A stretch of DNA of 64,000 bases, from positions 1 to 64,000 of the forward strand of contig CAXHJY010000021.1 of the NCBI GenBank assembly GCA_964016885.1, written 5' to 3'. The position numbers and the translations under genes are program-made. The notes beneath the pieces are model-generated. The model saw only the letters and a program-made list of their open reading frames with translations. It ran no database searches and had not been told where the DNA came from. Within the stretch, counting starts at the first letter, position 1. Each line of letters begins with the position of its first letter. This DNA is from Eledone cirrhosa (Eukaryota). Shown in pieces: positions 36,813-51,285 of this stretch.

Positions 36813-38500
36813 CTGTAATGATAAAATTTAATATGAAATAAAATTTACAGCTCACACCTATGCAACTTTAGCAGGCATCCTACAAGATTGTATCTCATAG
36901 GTTTCTCAGGTGTTGTCCTATCATGAAAAGCAATGTGAAATAAAGCGTCTTGTTGAAGAACACACCACACCACCTACAACCTTATGATCATGAGTCTAAT
37001 AGCATTAAACACTAAGCCTGCAAAACAGTCGGCTAAAGGCTTATTTTTTAAGGACTTCTTTACACACAAAAGAGACAGTATAATTGTGTTAAGTATCAGT
37101 GACATCAAAAAGAAAGAGAAAATCTATAGAAGCTTGCCAAGGAAAACATATACAAAAGTGACACCAATTTAACCCTTTTCATACCTAGGCTTTAGTCCTA
37201 TGTTACAAAACTTATTGTTTTAAAATGTTTATATTTATCTAAAAACATTCTATCAAAATTTTAAGTTATGTTCCTGATACCAACTTTGATACAAACCCAG
37301 CCAATACAAGCCCTGATTCTATAAAACAAAACCACCCATTTCAAAGGGTTTCTATTTAAATTAAAATCTTCCAAGAACCATATGTTCAGTTACTAACTTA
37401 GTAAACGCCCTCAAATTTTTCTTCATTAAAAATATGATCTTGAGTTAATAATTGTTTCTACTATTGACACAAGGCCAGCAATTACCCAGTATATTACTGG
37501 CACTTTATTTTATCGACCCCGTAAGGATGAAAGGCAAAGTTAACCTCGGCGGGATTTGAACTCAGAATGGCAAGGGCCGTAACTATGCGTCAAAGCATGG
37601 CATCCGACCCTCTACCGATACTGCCAATTCACCGCCTTCTTGAGTTAATAATGGTTTCTGATTTAGGCACAAGACCAACAATGGTACATCGACCCTGTAA
37701 GGATGAAAGGCAAAGCTAACCTCGGCAGGATTTGAATGAAAGAGTTAATAATGAGAAAGTTAACCATATTATTAAATTCATTCAAATTTCCTATTATTTT
37801 TTAAATGATTTGAAAATCATACTCAATGACTCTCATAAACAAAAAAGTTGAGTTTAGTGATTAATGTACCAACAGATCAGTTTGAACTTCTTTCCTCATA
37901 TTTTATGACACTCATTATCATCATCATATAACATCCACTTTTCATGCTGGCATGGGTTGAATAAATGGTCAAAGTCTGAAACTACTCTCGGGTCTCCATT
38001 AATAACCCCCCCCCCCCCACTCTTATTCATTTTTCAGACTAATTCTGGTTTTTAAAAAGTCAAGGGCGACAACCTAGAAAAATTACTGATTTTCTAGAAC
38101 CCCGTTTGGGATTCAAGGTAGATGGGTCAGAAAGACCACATCTTGCTCATGTTTCATGTTTTAGCATGGATTCTATGGCTGGATGCCCTTCCTAACACCA
38201 ACGAACCATTTTACAGAATGTACTTGGTGCATTTAATTGTGGCATCAGCACTAGAGAAGTTGTCATGTACTCGGTAAAACTGAAGAGACCTCTCCACCTC
38301 ATAGTCTCCATTCAAACACCAACCATTTTACAGAGTATGCTGGGTGCATTTTATCATGGCACCAGCATATGAAAGGTTGACAAATCCTTGGTAGGACCAA
38401 GTCCCCCCCCCCACCTCACCACCTTATATTGTTCATCCACTACTTCATAACAGGTACTAAATAATCAATATCAACCGACAAATGAGTAAAAACTACTTAC

Positions 38501-38678
38501 CTCCAGGCTTCAACCATTTTTTGGCATGGAGAAAACTTTCTAACATGCGTTCATTGAACAACATGTATCCCATAGGTTCTGAAATAATTGTGTCAACTTC
38601 CTCAGGTATTGTAACATCTTCAACTTTGCCTGTGATAACGACGATTTGATCAACAAGTCGATTATCTTTGACCAGCAT
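38501..38678 (-). CDS. CARM1: CARM1 exon with double-E loop (…[32 protein letters not shown])
   Basis: 178 nt, AG/GTaagt; matches ORF-track entry 38493..38678. Confidence 0.97.
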
Positions 38679-39634
38679 CTAAAAGTAAAGAAACAAACTT
38701 CATCATTTAACATCCACTTTCCCAATTAGCAAAGATTGGATGGGTCTACATGGACCAAATCAGCACTGAAACAGGGCTACTGATCTCCCAGACTACTTGT
38801 TTGGCGAGCTTTCTATGGCTGGATACCCTTTCTAACACCAACAACTATGCAGCGTTGCTTTTATTGTGTAGATCACCAGCACTAGGGAGGCTTATATATA
38901 AAATTTGTCTTCATTTAGAATGATAGTCAAGCTTAATGAATCTATAGAAATTATGAGAGGAGATAGCAATAAATTAATAATTCAACAGCTATAATCCTGA
39001 AAAATAGAACTTATTTTTATTCTATATCAGGTTTCAAAACAATAAATAGGTCATGACAATTTCTATTTCTAAATGCAATCCAATCCAGGGCCTTCCCACT
39101 CCTGTTGGAGGAACTCCTCACTGGTTGACCTTTATCGCTTTCCGTTCGGTTTTGGTCATGTCAGGGGTGCAGCTGTATTCTGGCCAATTGCAGGTTGGTG
39201 AGACTAACCCACAATTTGGGTGGATGGCTACTGACTCTGAAGAGTCCGTCTGCCTTTTAAGAAGCTTGTTTTTTGTGCAGCTGGGGTTCCACTTACCCTC
39301 TCCAATAGACATGGGTCTTGTGAGTGAGCAGGTTTTGTCGCCAACAACGTGACCACGAAGCAGGTCGTACTACGTTACATAGTACCAGTAGCAGGTAGAA
39401 GCCTGACCTGATCATACCAGGGTTTGGTGAGGGAGCTGGTTTGGTTGTCAACCACTCAACCATGAAGCATGTTCTACTGGGTTACATAGTACTAGCAGCA
39501 GGCAAAAGCCTGGCTTGTCACAATGTCATCTAATAGAGAAATCTTGAAATATGTGTAATTTTAGACATACCAATCTGAGTTATATAAAAGAGAAACAGAC
39601 ATAAAACTGGTGGTGATGGTGACAGACTTTGTCA

Positions 39635-39769
<135 letters not shown>

Positions 39770-40817
39770 TTAATAGAAATTTTTTTTAATATATGCAGTA
39801 ATGCACCAGCTTCAGCATTCAATCAAGAATGGAGGTATGTGTAAAGTCAAACTCTATCTATTCAGTATTCAACCCAACCCTTACTTATGATATGAATCTT
39901 GAGTAATGACCAAAAGAATACGATTGCGAGTAGAAATGGCTGAAATGGGGTTCACCCTAAGGGTCTTTGAAGTAACGTTACTTGATAGAGTGTGTAGCTA
40001 GGAGATCAGACTCGCTCCAGTTAGAGCCACTACTTCTCCGAATTAAGAGATCACAGCTCCGATACTACAGACGTGGTTAGAATGTCTCAGGAAAAAATCA
40101 CTGGACAGATTTTATTGGCAAAACCATCACAACTTGCATTCATACAATACACAAACAGTGCACATCTTATTACTATATGACATGTCGAACCTGTGCTATT
40201 TCCTGCATAAATAAAAAGTATTTCTTTTTAAATGAATGCCAACAGATCCAGGGTCTCTATATGTCTTGTGAAAAATTCCTCTCCAAGACACACCCAGGGT
40301 GAGGTTTTTTGTAGAAGACCAGCAAGTTATCCATGCATGCAAAAAGGGGAGGCGGTTAAATAACCACAATCACCTATGTAGTAATGAAATAATAATTTCT
40401 ACTATAGGCACAAAGCCAGCAATTTTGCAGGAGGGGTAAGTCGATTAAATCAACCCCAGTGTGTGTCTGGTACTTTATTTTATCGACCCCATAAGGAAGA
40501 AAGGCAAAGCTAACCCCAGCTCGATTTAAACACAGAACGTAAAGGGTCGTAACTATGCTGCAAAGCATGTTGTCCCAATGCTCTATGCAGGTTTAGCAAC
40601 CCTCTTACAAAGTTGCATCTTATAGGTTTCTTGGATGTTTTAATGATTGGGGTACCAGTCATATCATGAAAACCTATGGGAAATGAAACATTTTGCTCAA
40701 GAACACAATGCACCACTTAATCTAGGAATCAAAAGTATGACCTTGTGTTGAACTAAGTTAAAATCCACCAATCTACATTACATCTTGGACAATTATTCTA
40801 TTACAAAAGACACTTAC

Positions 40818-40922
40818 TTTGTCGTGAAAATCATCTATATTGGCCAACATTGCACGCTGATATGTGGATGTTCGAATATAATCTTGCATCATATTTTGTT
40901 GTTGCGACAAGTAACCATAAAA
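40818..40922 (-). CDS. CARM1: CARM1 exon ([35 protein letters not shown])
   Basis: 105 nt, AG/GTaagt; highly conserved CARM1 motif. Confidence 0.97.
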
Positions 40923-41398
40923 CTATATAATAGAAAAAATATATAACTATTTTTTTTTTTGTCCATTTGTCACACAAAAGATAGAATTTCACAAAAACGT
41001 TTTAATTATTTTTACTTAGAATTCCTGGAACACAAAACACAAACGAGGGGCAGGGGTTCTGAAAAGCTTTCATTCATTTCAGAGGCCAGCATTCTCAGCC
41101 AACTGTATTATCTGTCACTCTTTGTGTGTGTGTGTGTTTGTAAGATAGAAGACAGTTACAGGAGATACACTAACAGAATAGGTAAAGCACGAGTTGTAAG
41201 CATAGACACAGACACACATGCATGCACACACAAAATCCACAAAAACAGCTTTGTTAAAGTTTGGTAAAGGAAGTAAATATTACTTATTCTCTCCATAAAA
41301 CAATAGGTTATGTACTAGCATATAAAAACAATATACCAAGATTTTCTTAAAAGCATAATCTTGTAGGAGAGGTCCAAATATCTTGAGACGAGGAGGCT

Positions 41399-41464
<66 letters not shown>

Positions 41465-41650
41465 CAGTGATGGTAGTCCAAGACAAGGTACCATCTTCAT
41501 ATTTCCAAAGCAGAACCCATGCAAGCGTTGAAAAATATACATAAAAAAACAATGATGATACATCAAGTTTGACTTCGTGGATGGTGGTTCTGCTGGAAAT
41601 AATGGACAATAAAGAACAGTTGTGTATGAGAGAGAGAGATTATATATTTA

Positions 41651-42560
41651 CATCATCATTATCATCGTTTAACGTCTATCTTCCACACTAGCATGGGTTA
41701 GACGGGTTTGTCTCATTTGAGGTAAGTTTGGGGGTGTCTGTGTCTTGCTCATATAGGACTGTTTCTGGCTGGTTTTCTATGGCTGGATGCCTTTTCTAAC
41801 ACCAACCACATTTACTGTGTCCTGGGTGCTTTTTGCCGAGTCTCCTACACAACCACTTTACAGTGTGGGCTGAATGTTTTGTGGTGCCAACATACCAACA
41901 TAACTTTACAGAGTAAGGGTAGTGTGGGCAGAAGTGAGAGGTGTAAGGGGTGTGTGGGTGTATATTGGATTAAGAGGTGCCTACAAGGCATAGCGCCAAA
42001 GATCTCAATTCTGTGTCATTGTCTTAGAGAGGTTCAAATGTGTAAAGTCAGCTTTTATCACCTTATCCCAGTTCTTTCTGGGTCTACCTATTCTGTAGCT
42101 TCAATCAATTTTGATCGCTCTGCACTTTTTTTTATACAGCTGTCATCCTTCATACGCATCACATGACCATACCAACACAATGTCCACTCTAGTAAACTGC
42201 ATCTGATCCCTCTTATTGCTAATTTCTCACTTAGTTCGTTTATGCTTTGCTGTTTGTATATATTACTTTTCGTATCTTCGAAGCATGTGGTTATATGACA
42301 GTTTCCCATTTCTTTACACAGTCCTTTGCATTATTATTAAATTTCTGCGAGATCTTTTAAGCTGCACTGGTTGGGTAGTAGAGGGCAAACAAGGCAGTGC
42401 TACATCGTATGGTCCTCCTCTCCGCATTTGCAGATGGTTGGGCTGGTCTCGTAGCCCCATCTGGCCATAGCAGCTTTTGATCACCCCATTCCTGTTCTCA
42501 GGCGGTTGAGTGTCTTCCACTGGACCCGTTGTGCTTCTGAGCCATGAGGGAGGGCTTCAG
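41651..42560 (-). mobile_element. Bipartite RTE derivative (3' UTR + C-terminal ORF + probable 5' region)
   Basis: QSINELSEKLAIRGIRCSLLE…WYGHVMRMKDDSCIKK, long 3' UTR with (CAT) tail; non-homologous GC-richer segment upstream. Confidence 0.7.
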
Positions 42561-43248
42561 AGGGGGGGGGGGTCATTCTCTAGCTTTCTAGTCCATATTA
42601 TTACTATTATACACCCATAACACACACCATTTAACATGCTAGCATGAAGTATATTGTATCGATATTATGGTGGATTGGCAGTATCGGTAGAGAGTCGGAC
42701 GCCATGCTTTGTAGCATAGAGTTACGCCCCTTTATGATCTGAGCTCAAATCCCACTGAGGTTAACTTTGCCTTTCATCCTTACGGGGTCGATAAAATAAG
42801 TACCAGTAATGCACTGGATAATTGCTGGCCTTGTGCCAAAAGTAGAAACAATTATTTCCATATTGTATTGATATTACACCAGTATTGTATCGATATTGTT
42901 TCAATACTGTTTCAATGTATCGATACTGTGACTCAAAACTCAATAAAATAAATCAACAGAGGGCAGACGTAAGCTCTATATAGATGTGCAATGTGAGAGA
43001 AAAGCAAGCTAGGATGAAACCGGCCGAAATTATTTCCCCTTTATTTGTTCAAACCGGCCTAAACCAGCCAATAACACCCACACTAAAATATCGTTCTAAA
43101 AAATAAACAGTCATCAAAATCTCATCAATTCGAGATTACTACAAGATTAGGCCCTTACCGCAAAAATGATCGCTTAATATAGTGAAACAACTTAAAACTA
43201 CATGTTTTTTTAATGTTGAAAGTACAACAGATTTTTTGTGTGCATCAA

Positions 43249-44830
43249 CATGGCTTATGAAAGTAGCGATTCTGACTTTGAAGATTTTACACACCATGAC
43301 ATTCAAAATGAACAAGAAACAAACGATAATATTAGTGATTTATCTTCAAATGAATCAGATGTGTACATTTCTGAAATTTCATCTGACGATGATTGTTGTT
43401 TTGAAAGTGAAAACGAAGGAGATCTCCAGGACGCCAATGAAAATATTACAGCAATGTGGTTGAAAAATACCTCACCAATATATGTTCCCGATTTTATTCA
43501 AAATACTGGTCCACAACACATTACCCCCTGATGTTAAAGCACTGGATTATTTCTTTTTGTTTTTGCAACAAACTTTCTTTGGAGTTGTGGCAGAAGAGAC
43601 TAATCAATATGCCCAACAACAGATTTCAAATCAAGGAAAACCCGATCTATTATGGCGACCGACAGATGCTGCGGAGATGCAAGCGTTTTTTTTACCATAA
43701 ATATTATGTTTGGTATAAAACAATTTCCAAGACTGTAGAATTACTGGAGCACTGTTATAAGGTTTAGTGACCCTTATATATCAAGTATTATGGCAAAAAC
43801 AAGGTATTTAAAATTGAACCAGTATTTGCACCTGGTTGATACATCAAATGCCCCCGGTAGAAATGAATTGAATTATGACTCTCTGTATAAAGTTCAACCA
43901 TTAATTAAAATGCTATCTGAAAAATTTTAAACTCTATATATACCTGGGTAAAATCTTAGTGTTGATGAAGCTATGATTGGGTATAAGGGTAGGGTACATT
44001 TCAGACAATATATGCCAGCTAAACCCACCAAATGGGGCATCAAGGTGTGGGAACTCTGTGAATCGGACACAGGCTACTGTGCAAACTTTGATGTTTACAC
44101 AGGAAAGAAACACAATGGAGAGAGAAAAGAAGGACTTGGGTACAATGTTATGTGGTCTCTGACTGAACCCTTCCAACACAGACACATATTTTGACCGTTT
44201 TTTTTCTTCAGTGCTTCTAGCAGAGGATCTTGCCCTCGTAAATACGTACACCTGCAGTACAATAATAGGGAATCGCAAAGGGCTACCCCAAGAAATAAAA
44301 GTCACAAAATTTTAACCAACAACCAGGTGTTGGGGCTGAAGGTAAATCTTTAGTCGACCTCTCCTATAATAAATATATGAGCGGAGTTGACAAATCCAAC
44401 CAATATTATGCGTATTACCCAGTTGGATGCCCTGGAAAGAAATGGTGGAGATATATTGTGTGGTTTTTAGTGAATTTAACCATTGTGAATTCTTTTATTG
44501 TATTCACTAAAAGCCACAAGGACCGCCACCAGCAAAGGACTAATGCCACATGAAATTTCGTGTTGATGTCACATTTCAGCTACGTGGAGGATATACTTCT
44601 TGCAAAAACAAAGCTGGGGGAAAGTCAAAATTATCTGAGGTGAACAAAGAAAATATTGATTTTCATAAAGTGGAGAAAATTGATGGAAGGTTTGCCGAAT
44701 GTGCTCTTTGCAAAAGAGAAAAACTGCTAACGGTTATCCAATTGAAACCTCGTTTATGTGTTCCTTTTGCAAAATGCCGTTATGTAAAGGCTGTTTTGGC
44801 CAATTTCATGATAGAAATATTGAAAAAAAT
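43249..44830 (+). pseudogene. piggyBac transposase pseudogene (frameshifts and stops)
   Basis: Broken across ORF-track entries 43238, 43482, 43973, 44550 and 44699. Confidence 0.85.
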
Positions 44831-45376
44831 ATTTTAAAAATATATTGGAACATATTACATACAAAAACACCTGCATCACACCTGTTAATGAACTTACATA
44901 CTTGGCACATTCTTTTATATAAATCTGAGTACATTGTGGTGTAAGAGTACATTGCCAATATTATTTTGATTGGTGAATATACATTTTTTTTTCAATGAAA
45001 ATATTTGCATGGAATGTAGAGACAGACTAAAACCGTGTACTGACTATACCTGCATTTTAAATTCACCTGTTCAGAAAAGTGCTAAACTTGTTGGAAATCA
45101 ACATCTAGGTCATTGTTGGATATTTTTTGTAACAAATCTAATAGGTAAGGCAGATAAAGTTTTAATTTTTGTGATTATCCATAAAGTCATTACTTTTACA
45201 CCTGTTAATTAATTTCACCTGCTCATAAAAGTCAAATTTAACAAAACAAAATCAGGTAAAAATATATAATTGTAAATTATTGAACATCTGACAAAATTTC
45301 AAGTCTGCACATAGAAAATTAAGAAAATTACAAACAAATAAAATTGATAACCTGAGTATGATTAACTCAAAATAAT

Positions 45377-45561
45377 TGTTTCTACTTTTGGCACAAGGCT
45401 AGCAATTATCCTAGTGTATTACCGGTACTTTATTTTATCGACTCTGTGAGGATGAAAGGCAAAGTTAACCTCGGCGGGATTTGAACTCAGATCATAAAGG
45501 GAGGTAACTCTATGCTTCAAAGCATGGTGTCCGACCCTCTACTGATATTGCCAATCCACCG
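45377..45561 (-). mobile_element. SINE family 2 copy with a 17-bp target-site duplication
   Basis: GATTAACTCAAAATAAT at 45360-45376 and 45562-45578 flanks the insertion. Confidence 0.85.
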
Positions 45562-45620
45562 GATTAACTCAAAATAATGTGAATAAACATGACAAATTAA
45601 TGTGAATGCTCAAGGGTTAA

Positions 45621-45881
45621 GAGAGAAGACTGTGTTGGTACAGATATGCAATGAACATGGATGATGATCGCTGGGGTCAAGAAGTGCCAGGAAATCCCAG
45701 TGGAAGGAAGCCACAGTAGAGGAAGACCTGGGTGGACGTGATTAAAGCTGATCTCAAATCGCAGAGATTCACAGAGGAGATGACGAAGGAATGCGACAAG
45801 TGGAGAGATGTTGTGCTGAAAAGGACCCATCCAACACATACAAGCAAGGAAAAACAGATGTAAAAATGATGGTGATGATGA
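45621..45881 (+). mobile_element. Decayed RTE 3' fragment (short-UTR type)
   Basis: RERRLCWY…MDDDRWGQ..CQEIPVEG…; tail AAAATGATGGTGATGATGA. Confidence 0.7.
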
Positions 45882-46334
45882 TATGGCCCCCATGAAATGT
45901 TTCATACTCATTATGGGGTCCTTTTTTAAGCAATGTTTAACAACTGGATACCCTCCTGGCACAAACTCTTTATTTGCCTCTTACAACATGCTTATGTTAC
46001 AATACAGATACACACGCAGAAGTTGTTAGTATGGTAAGATGTATATATAGAACCGTCACCAACTCATCATCATCCTTTTATGTCTGTTTTTCCATGATTG
46101 CATAGATTTGAAAGGTCTTTTGTAACACAGCCTCCCTCATTGCCTCCTTTATGAGGCCCAGAGTTTTAAGATCCACCCTCACCATTTCTGCCCAGGTCTT
46201 CCTTTACTACAGGGAATTCACAGTACTTCTTCACCCAATGATCATCATCCATGCACATCACATGCCCATACCAATGGAGTCTTCTCTCTTGCGCACTACA
46301 TTCAATTCCCCTTTATAACCGGGGGGGTACATAC

Positions 46335-46435
46335 CTGAAAGTACTGCACGGCTGAGGCATCATCTGTTCGTTCCGAGAAAACAGATTTACGACCATTTGT
46401 AAATTCATTCAAACGGTACAAGAAGGATTTCATAA
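46335..46435 (-). CDS. CARM1: CARM1 exon (VMKSFLYRLNEFTNGRKSVFSERTDDASAVQYFQ)
   Basis: 101 nt, AG/GTatgt; SVFSERT..SAVQYFQ signature. Confidence 0.95.
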
Positions 46436-47621
46436 CTGAAATGAAGCAATTCCATAAAATGTATTTAAGACAATGTTGTTGACAATAAAAAAAAAACTAT
46501 TGTACTGTTTAGAATATAAGTAAATCATATTGTTTCAATCATTAGACTGTGGCCATGCTGGTACTTATTTTATTTTATCGGTCTCATTGTGCCAAGCAGC
46601 TAAATTATGAGGCATAAACAGGAAACGTGGACATGGACATACATACACGAACACCATTATAATAAAAATCATGTCATGTGATAAACTATTTGTACTAAAT
46701 TTATTTGGGAAATAGCCATTTAATATCTTCCTCCCTACCTCACTCTTTTGCACAGTGTTGACAAGATAATCAACAGTGGGAACAACAGCTATCTATAGCT
46801 ACCAACCTAAATATCTATCTCCAGACACAAAAAATCATCTATCATTGTCATGATTGTTTTGAACACATGAACACATGCACGGCAGGTTTCCAGTTTCCAT
46901 CTATCAAATTTCACTCACAAAGCATTGGTCAGCCCTAGGCTATAGTAGAAGCTATCTACCCAAGACACCATGCAGTTAGACTAAGCCCAAAACTATGATG
47001 TGAAGAAAACTCCTTAATCATATGCATAAAATATTTTTTTAAATCTTTGTTTTATATAATCCATATATGTGCAACATAACCAAAATATCTTATTGTCAAT
47101 ATATTGAAATCTTGTAGTTTATCACCTACTTCACATGAAGGTATGTGGCTTTGTAGTTAGAGAATTGGATTCGCAATCATGAGGTTATGAGTTTGATTCC
47201 TGGACCAGGTGATGTGTTATGTCCTTTTGCAAAGTGCTTTATTTCATGTTTCTCTTTCTGTCAGAAATTACTAAAGGTAGATAGTATCAGCAATGGAAAG
47301 ATTGTTTCCTTGGTCCGATTTAACAAATTCCACCCCAGCCAGTAAGTGAGGTCTGCGATCTTATTGATCAATTCCTTTTATCACCTACTTCATAAATTTG
47401 GTTAATAGCATAAAAATGTCAGTCACCTAAGCTATGTAATTAAGCAGAACCTATATGCATGCATGAACAATTTGGATATTTAACTTATTTCAGTTGTACG
47501 CTTTTTTTAAAATTCATATGACAGGATTTGCTTAAAATTTATTAAACATTTTTCAAACATAACAGTTGGTGTAAAACAAAATTGTTAAATAAAAAAAATG
47601 TATATATATTTATAATATTAC

Positions 47622-47744
47622 CATGGACTGAGGGGAAAATTGCTTGAAAAGAGTTTTGATCTTTGGAGAAAACAATAGATTGGCGGCCAACTCGAGCATA
47701 GTCAGAGTTGGAATCGATGGGAATGGAAATTTTCTTTGAACCAT
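47622..47744 (-). CDS. CARM1: CARM1 exon, PH-like domain (DGSKKISIPIDSNSDYARVGRQSIVFSKDQNSFQAIFPSVH)
   Basis: tttcAG acceptor, GTaata donor, 123 nt, phase 1-1; RVGRQS resembles vertebrate RVGKQS. Confidence 0.8.
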
Positions 47745-50700
47745 CTGAAATGAGAAAAAAAGATATACAATATTATTTAATAATAAACCATTTTTAATCA
47801 TTGCGTCAGATTTAAGTGAGCTGTAACGTTTGTCTAATAACATCAAAATATTTTTTCTTATGTGAATGTTTCTATTCCATCTCCTACCAACAACCAACAT
47901 ATAGCTTAACAGCCTATCACTGTCTCCATATCTTGCCTTCATCATTCTCTCTTCTATACACTCACCTGTTACTTTGAACATAGACAAAATAAAAGACAAG
48001 ACAACCTCTCTAGTGAAGGTGTTATGAGAAAATAAGCCCAGTACACTGAGACAAGAGAGTAGAACCAAGTATACAATGCAACATGTTAAGAAGAGCACCT
48101 GACTGGAGAAACTATGCCCAAAATGGAAAGAACAAGTGAGACATGATTTTACCCACCTAGGAGGCCAGTAATACTTAATCAAATATTATAAAGTCTACAC
48201 TTTTGGGATAAAGTTCCATCGACATACAACTGAATAAAAAGGAGAGCATTCATATCAAAATATATACATTTAAAATTTGGAGAGAGATACCTCCAATGGT
48301 TACAATGGCAAATGCTCCAGTTATTGATCAATGTAACAGTCTGTTTGTAAAATTAACATACAAATGGTTGATCACTACAGACATGTACACCCTTAACATA
48401 ATTAAGGGAGCTTCAGCCAGTAAGATTGGCCCTTCGAATTTCAGGTACAACTCATTTTTGCCAGCTAAATGGATCAATGTGAAATAAAGTGTCTTGTTCA
48501 AGGGCACAACACACCACTGGAAATCAAACCCATGTCCTTACAATAGTTAGCCAAGCACTTTAGTTTCTCAAGGATTTATTTATACAAACTATTAATTTAT
48601 CAAAATGAAAATTTCCCAGTTCATATAATTGTTTGTATATCCAGTAATCTTGGTATATATGGCATACCAATCCTGGACACCAAAAATGCTATTACAGCCA
48701 CGAGTTCACAAGTCCAAAATCCAAAGCCTTCTCACTCTCGTTGGAAGAACCTGTCTCTCGCATATGTACAGTCAATCGATTGTAATTGTAGAAATGTCAA
48801 ATTAATAAACATATTAACCATCAAATATTACATCATTAAACAAAAACAAAATTACAAATATGAACCAATAATATCCAATCAGCCATTTCATATTTCATGT
48901 ACACTAATTAAAACCACTTTTTTTTTTTTTTTGTAGGAACCGCCCCATTCTGCTCGTTTAAGACCAGACAACTAATTGTATTTAGTCTAAATAGATTACC
49001 TTAATCTGATGATCAATATCTCCTATCTTGATTAAAATAAAGAAATATTTGTTCAAGGTTGCATTAGATTACCAACAGACATTGCCAAAGACAGCCATGA
49101 CCAACAGCACAAGCCAATGAAGAAGCTCCTATGTGGTCACTCAATCTGTTAGAAATAGTAGCTAGATAGCACTCAAATGATACCCTAGTATCTTTAAAAA
49201 ATGATACATCAGGAAATGTGGTCCAAGATACAATGTTTCTGGAGAGAAAAAAAATTAGATGAAATGGTGACAACTGGAACATTTTTGGAGTTTATTTTCA
49301 TCATATCGCCAGAATAAAGTTTGGTCTGAGGCTAAACAACAACAACCATGGACAATTTACTTAATTTTGAAGAGGTCGCATACTTCTCCAGACTTCAATC
49401 ATGACTGCAGCTATGGCAGGGCACCACATTCAAGGGTTAGTCAACCAAAGTGGTTGTGCTGGTGGCGTTACAAAAAGCACCCAGTCCAACCTGTTAGTTA
49501 GCCATTTTGGTGCCACAATAAAAAGCACCCAGTCCACCAGTTGGTGTTAGGAAGGGCATCCAGCCATAGAAACCAAGCCCAAAACAATTCTGTATGAGCA
49601 AAACACGGTCATCTGATTTGTCTCATTTCACAATGGGACAACTTGTTTAACCCATGCTAACGTGGAAAAATGGACATTAAACGGCGATGATGAAAATTTA
49701 TTAGCTGGAGTTTAACCCTGTCATTGGCCTTTGTATTCCCAGAGACAATATTATTAATATGATGTCAGGAGACTAGTATGTATGGGCACCTGCTGGTTTG
49801 CAAGATATTTTGTGGAGGAACACACCATGTACAAGTCATGACCAAAGGGGGTCTATTTATACATACTTACATGCAACTGAAATATTACTCGTGCAATTCT
49901 GATTCTAATAAAATTGATACTGGAACATATAAGAGAGCCTCTACATACTCAACCTATTAGAAATAGTAGCAAAATCAGACAAAGTATACCACACTGTTAT
50001 GAATAAGGAAAGGGTACATTAAATAATGTAGTCTTTGGTATTCTAAATAGATTAAAAAAAAACAGAGTGCCTTTGATCATAGATTTGTATGATCTGCAGC
50101 TGAACAACATCTACAAATTCATACTGAAATAAATAATTGTTTCTACTTTTGGCACAAGACCAGCAATTACCCAGTACATTACTGGTACTTTATTTTATCG
50201 ACCCCGTAAGGATGAAAGGCAAAGTCAACCTCGGCGGGATTTGAACTCAGACCGTAAAGGGACGTAACTACGCTGGAAAGCATGGCGTCCGACTCTCCAC
50301 TGATACTGCCAATTCAATAAATAATGCACATCAGTAAAAATTGATATAGTATAAACCATGAAAAATGAGAACAATCCAATATTTTAACCACTTAACCACC
50401 AGAGCTGTTCCATGCAGTTTTATACAAAACATGCTCATAAAGTTTGGTGTGTAGCTTTATTGACAACAATAAATTAACCCTTTATACGGCCCCTGATCCT
50501 ATGATACAAAACTGTTTTAACATGTTAATATCTTTAAAAAAGACTATCGAAATTTTATGTAAGAAAATGTTAGTATGTTCTAAGCACTAATTTAAAAGTT
50601 ATATTACTAAATTCAGAGTCAACTTTGCTTTTCATCCTTTTGCGGCTGATGATTTTTTTAAAAAGCACCAGTCTAGCACTTCTGCATTTCTTATTTCCTC

Positions 50701-51040
50701 TCTCTCTCACTTTCTATCTTTCTCTGGAAGAAACTTGCTGTGTTCAGACCTGGAGAGGGATGAGCTCCCTAGGCTTAAAATGCCCCCAAAAACACCATAT
50801 GCCATTATGGCACCTCTATGACACCATTAGGAGTTACGGGACCATACCATTACTAAATTCCTGCAAATTCTTTATTATTTTCCAAATTATTTGATAATCA
50901 AAGGCAACTTTAGACAGAAGTAAAACTTACAAATACTATCTTAATAATTTTAGTAAATCCTCCAAATTCTTCAATTAATAGAAATACAGTGTATGTCACA
51001 GAAACATGATCACAAAAAAGTTAAGTGAGGGATATATATA

Positions 51041-51250
51041 CTGTATTTGACAGTATATAAGACACACTTTTCCCCCGAAAATGTCCCAGAAAATCACCCT
51101 GAATCTTATAAGGTCATGGGTCAGTTTGGTTTACTGGCTAGATAAGTAGTGTTGCAGTAGCCCTTAAATTAAATTTTCACACTTCCTTGTGTTTTAAAAA
51201 TGTAATAAAATATTACAACCAGAACTACGATGTAAAAAGATAATTTTAAA
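51041..51250 (+). mobile_element. pogo/Tc1-like DNA transposon end
   Basis: TA followed by CTGTATTTGACAGTATATAAGACACACTTTT resembles pogo-family CCGTATTT..TATAAGACGCAC termini. Confidence 0.45.
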
Positions 51251-51285
51251 AAAAATACAACATGCAAATTTCACTTGACACACAG

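Larger units (their letters stand above)
42631..45620 (+). mobile_element. Decayed piggyBac (PGBD4-like) DNA transposon with nested SINEs
   Basis: Acidic N-terminus MAYESSDSDFEDF; VAEETNQYAQQ; SVDEAMIGYKGR..FRQYMPAKPTKWGIKVW; YNKYMSGVDKSNQ; KKWWRY; C-terminal Cys-rich domain; right end AATGCTCAAGGG-TTAA at 45605-45620. The left end is uncertain. Confidence 0.85.

Noticed and set aside
47610-48182. 190-aa minus-strand ORF
   Set aside because: It overlaps the CARM1 exon 47622-47744 in a different frame; the rest is intronic with no recognisable homology.
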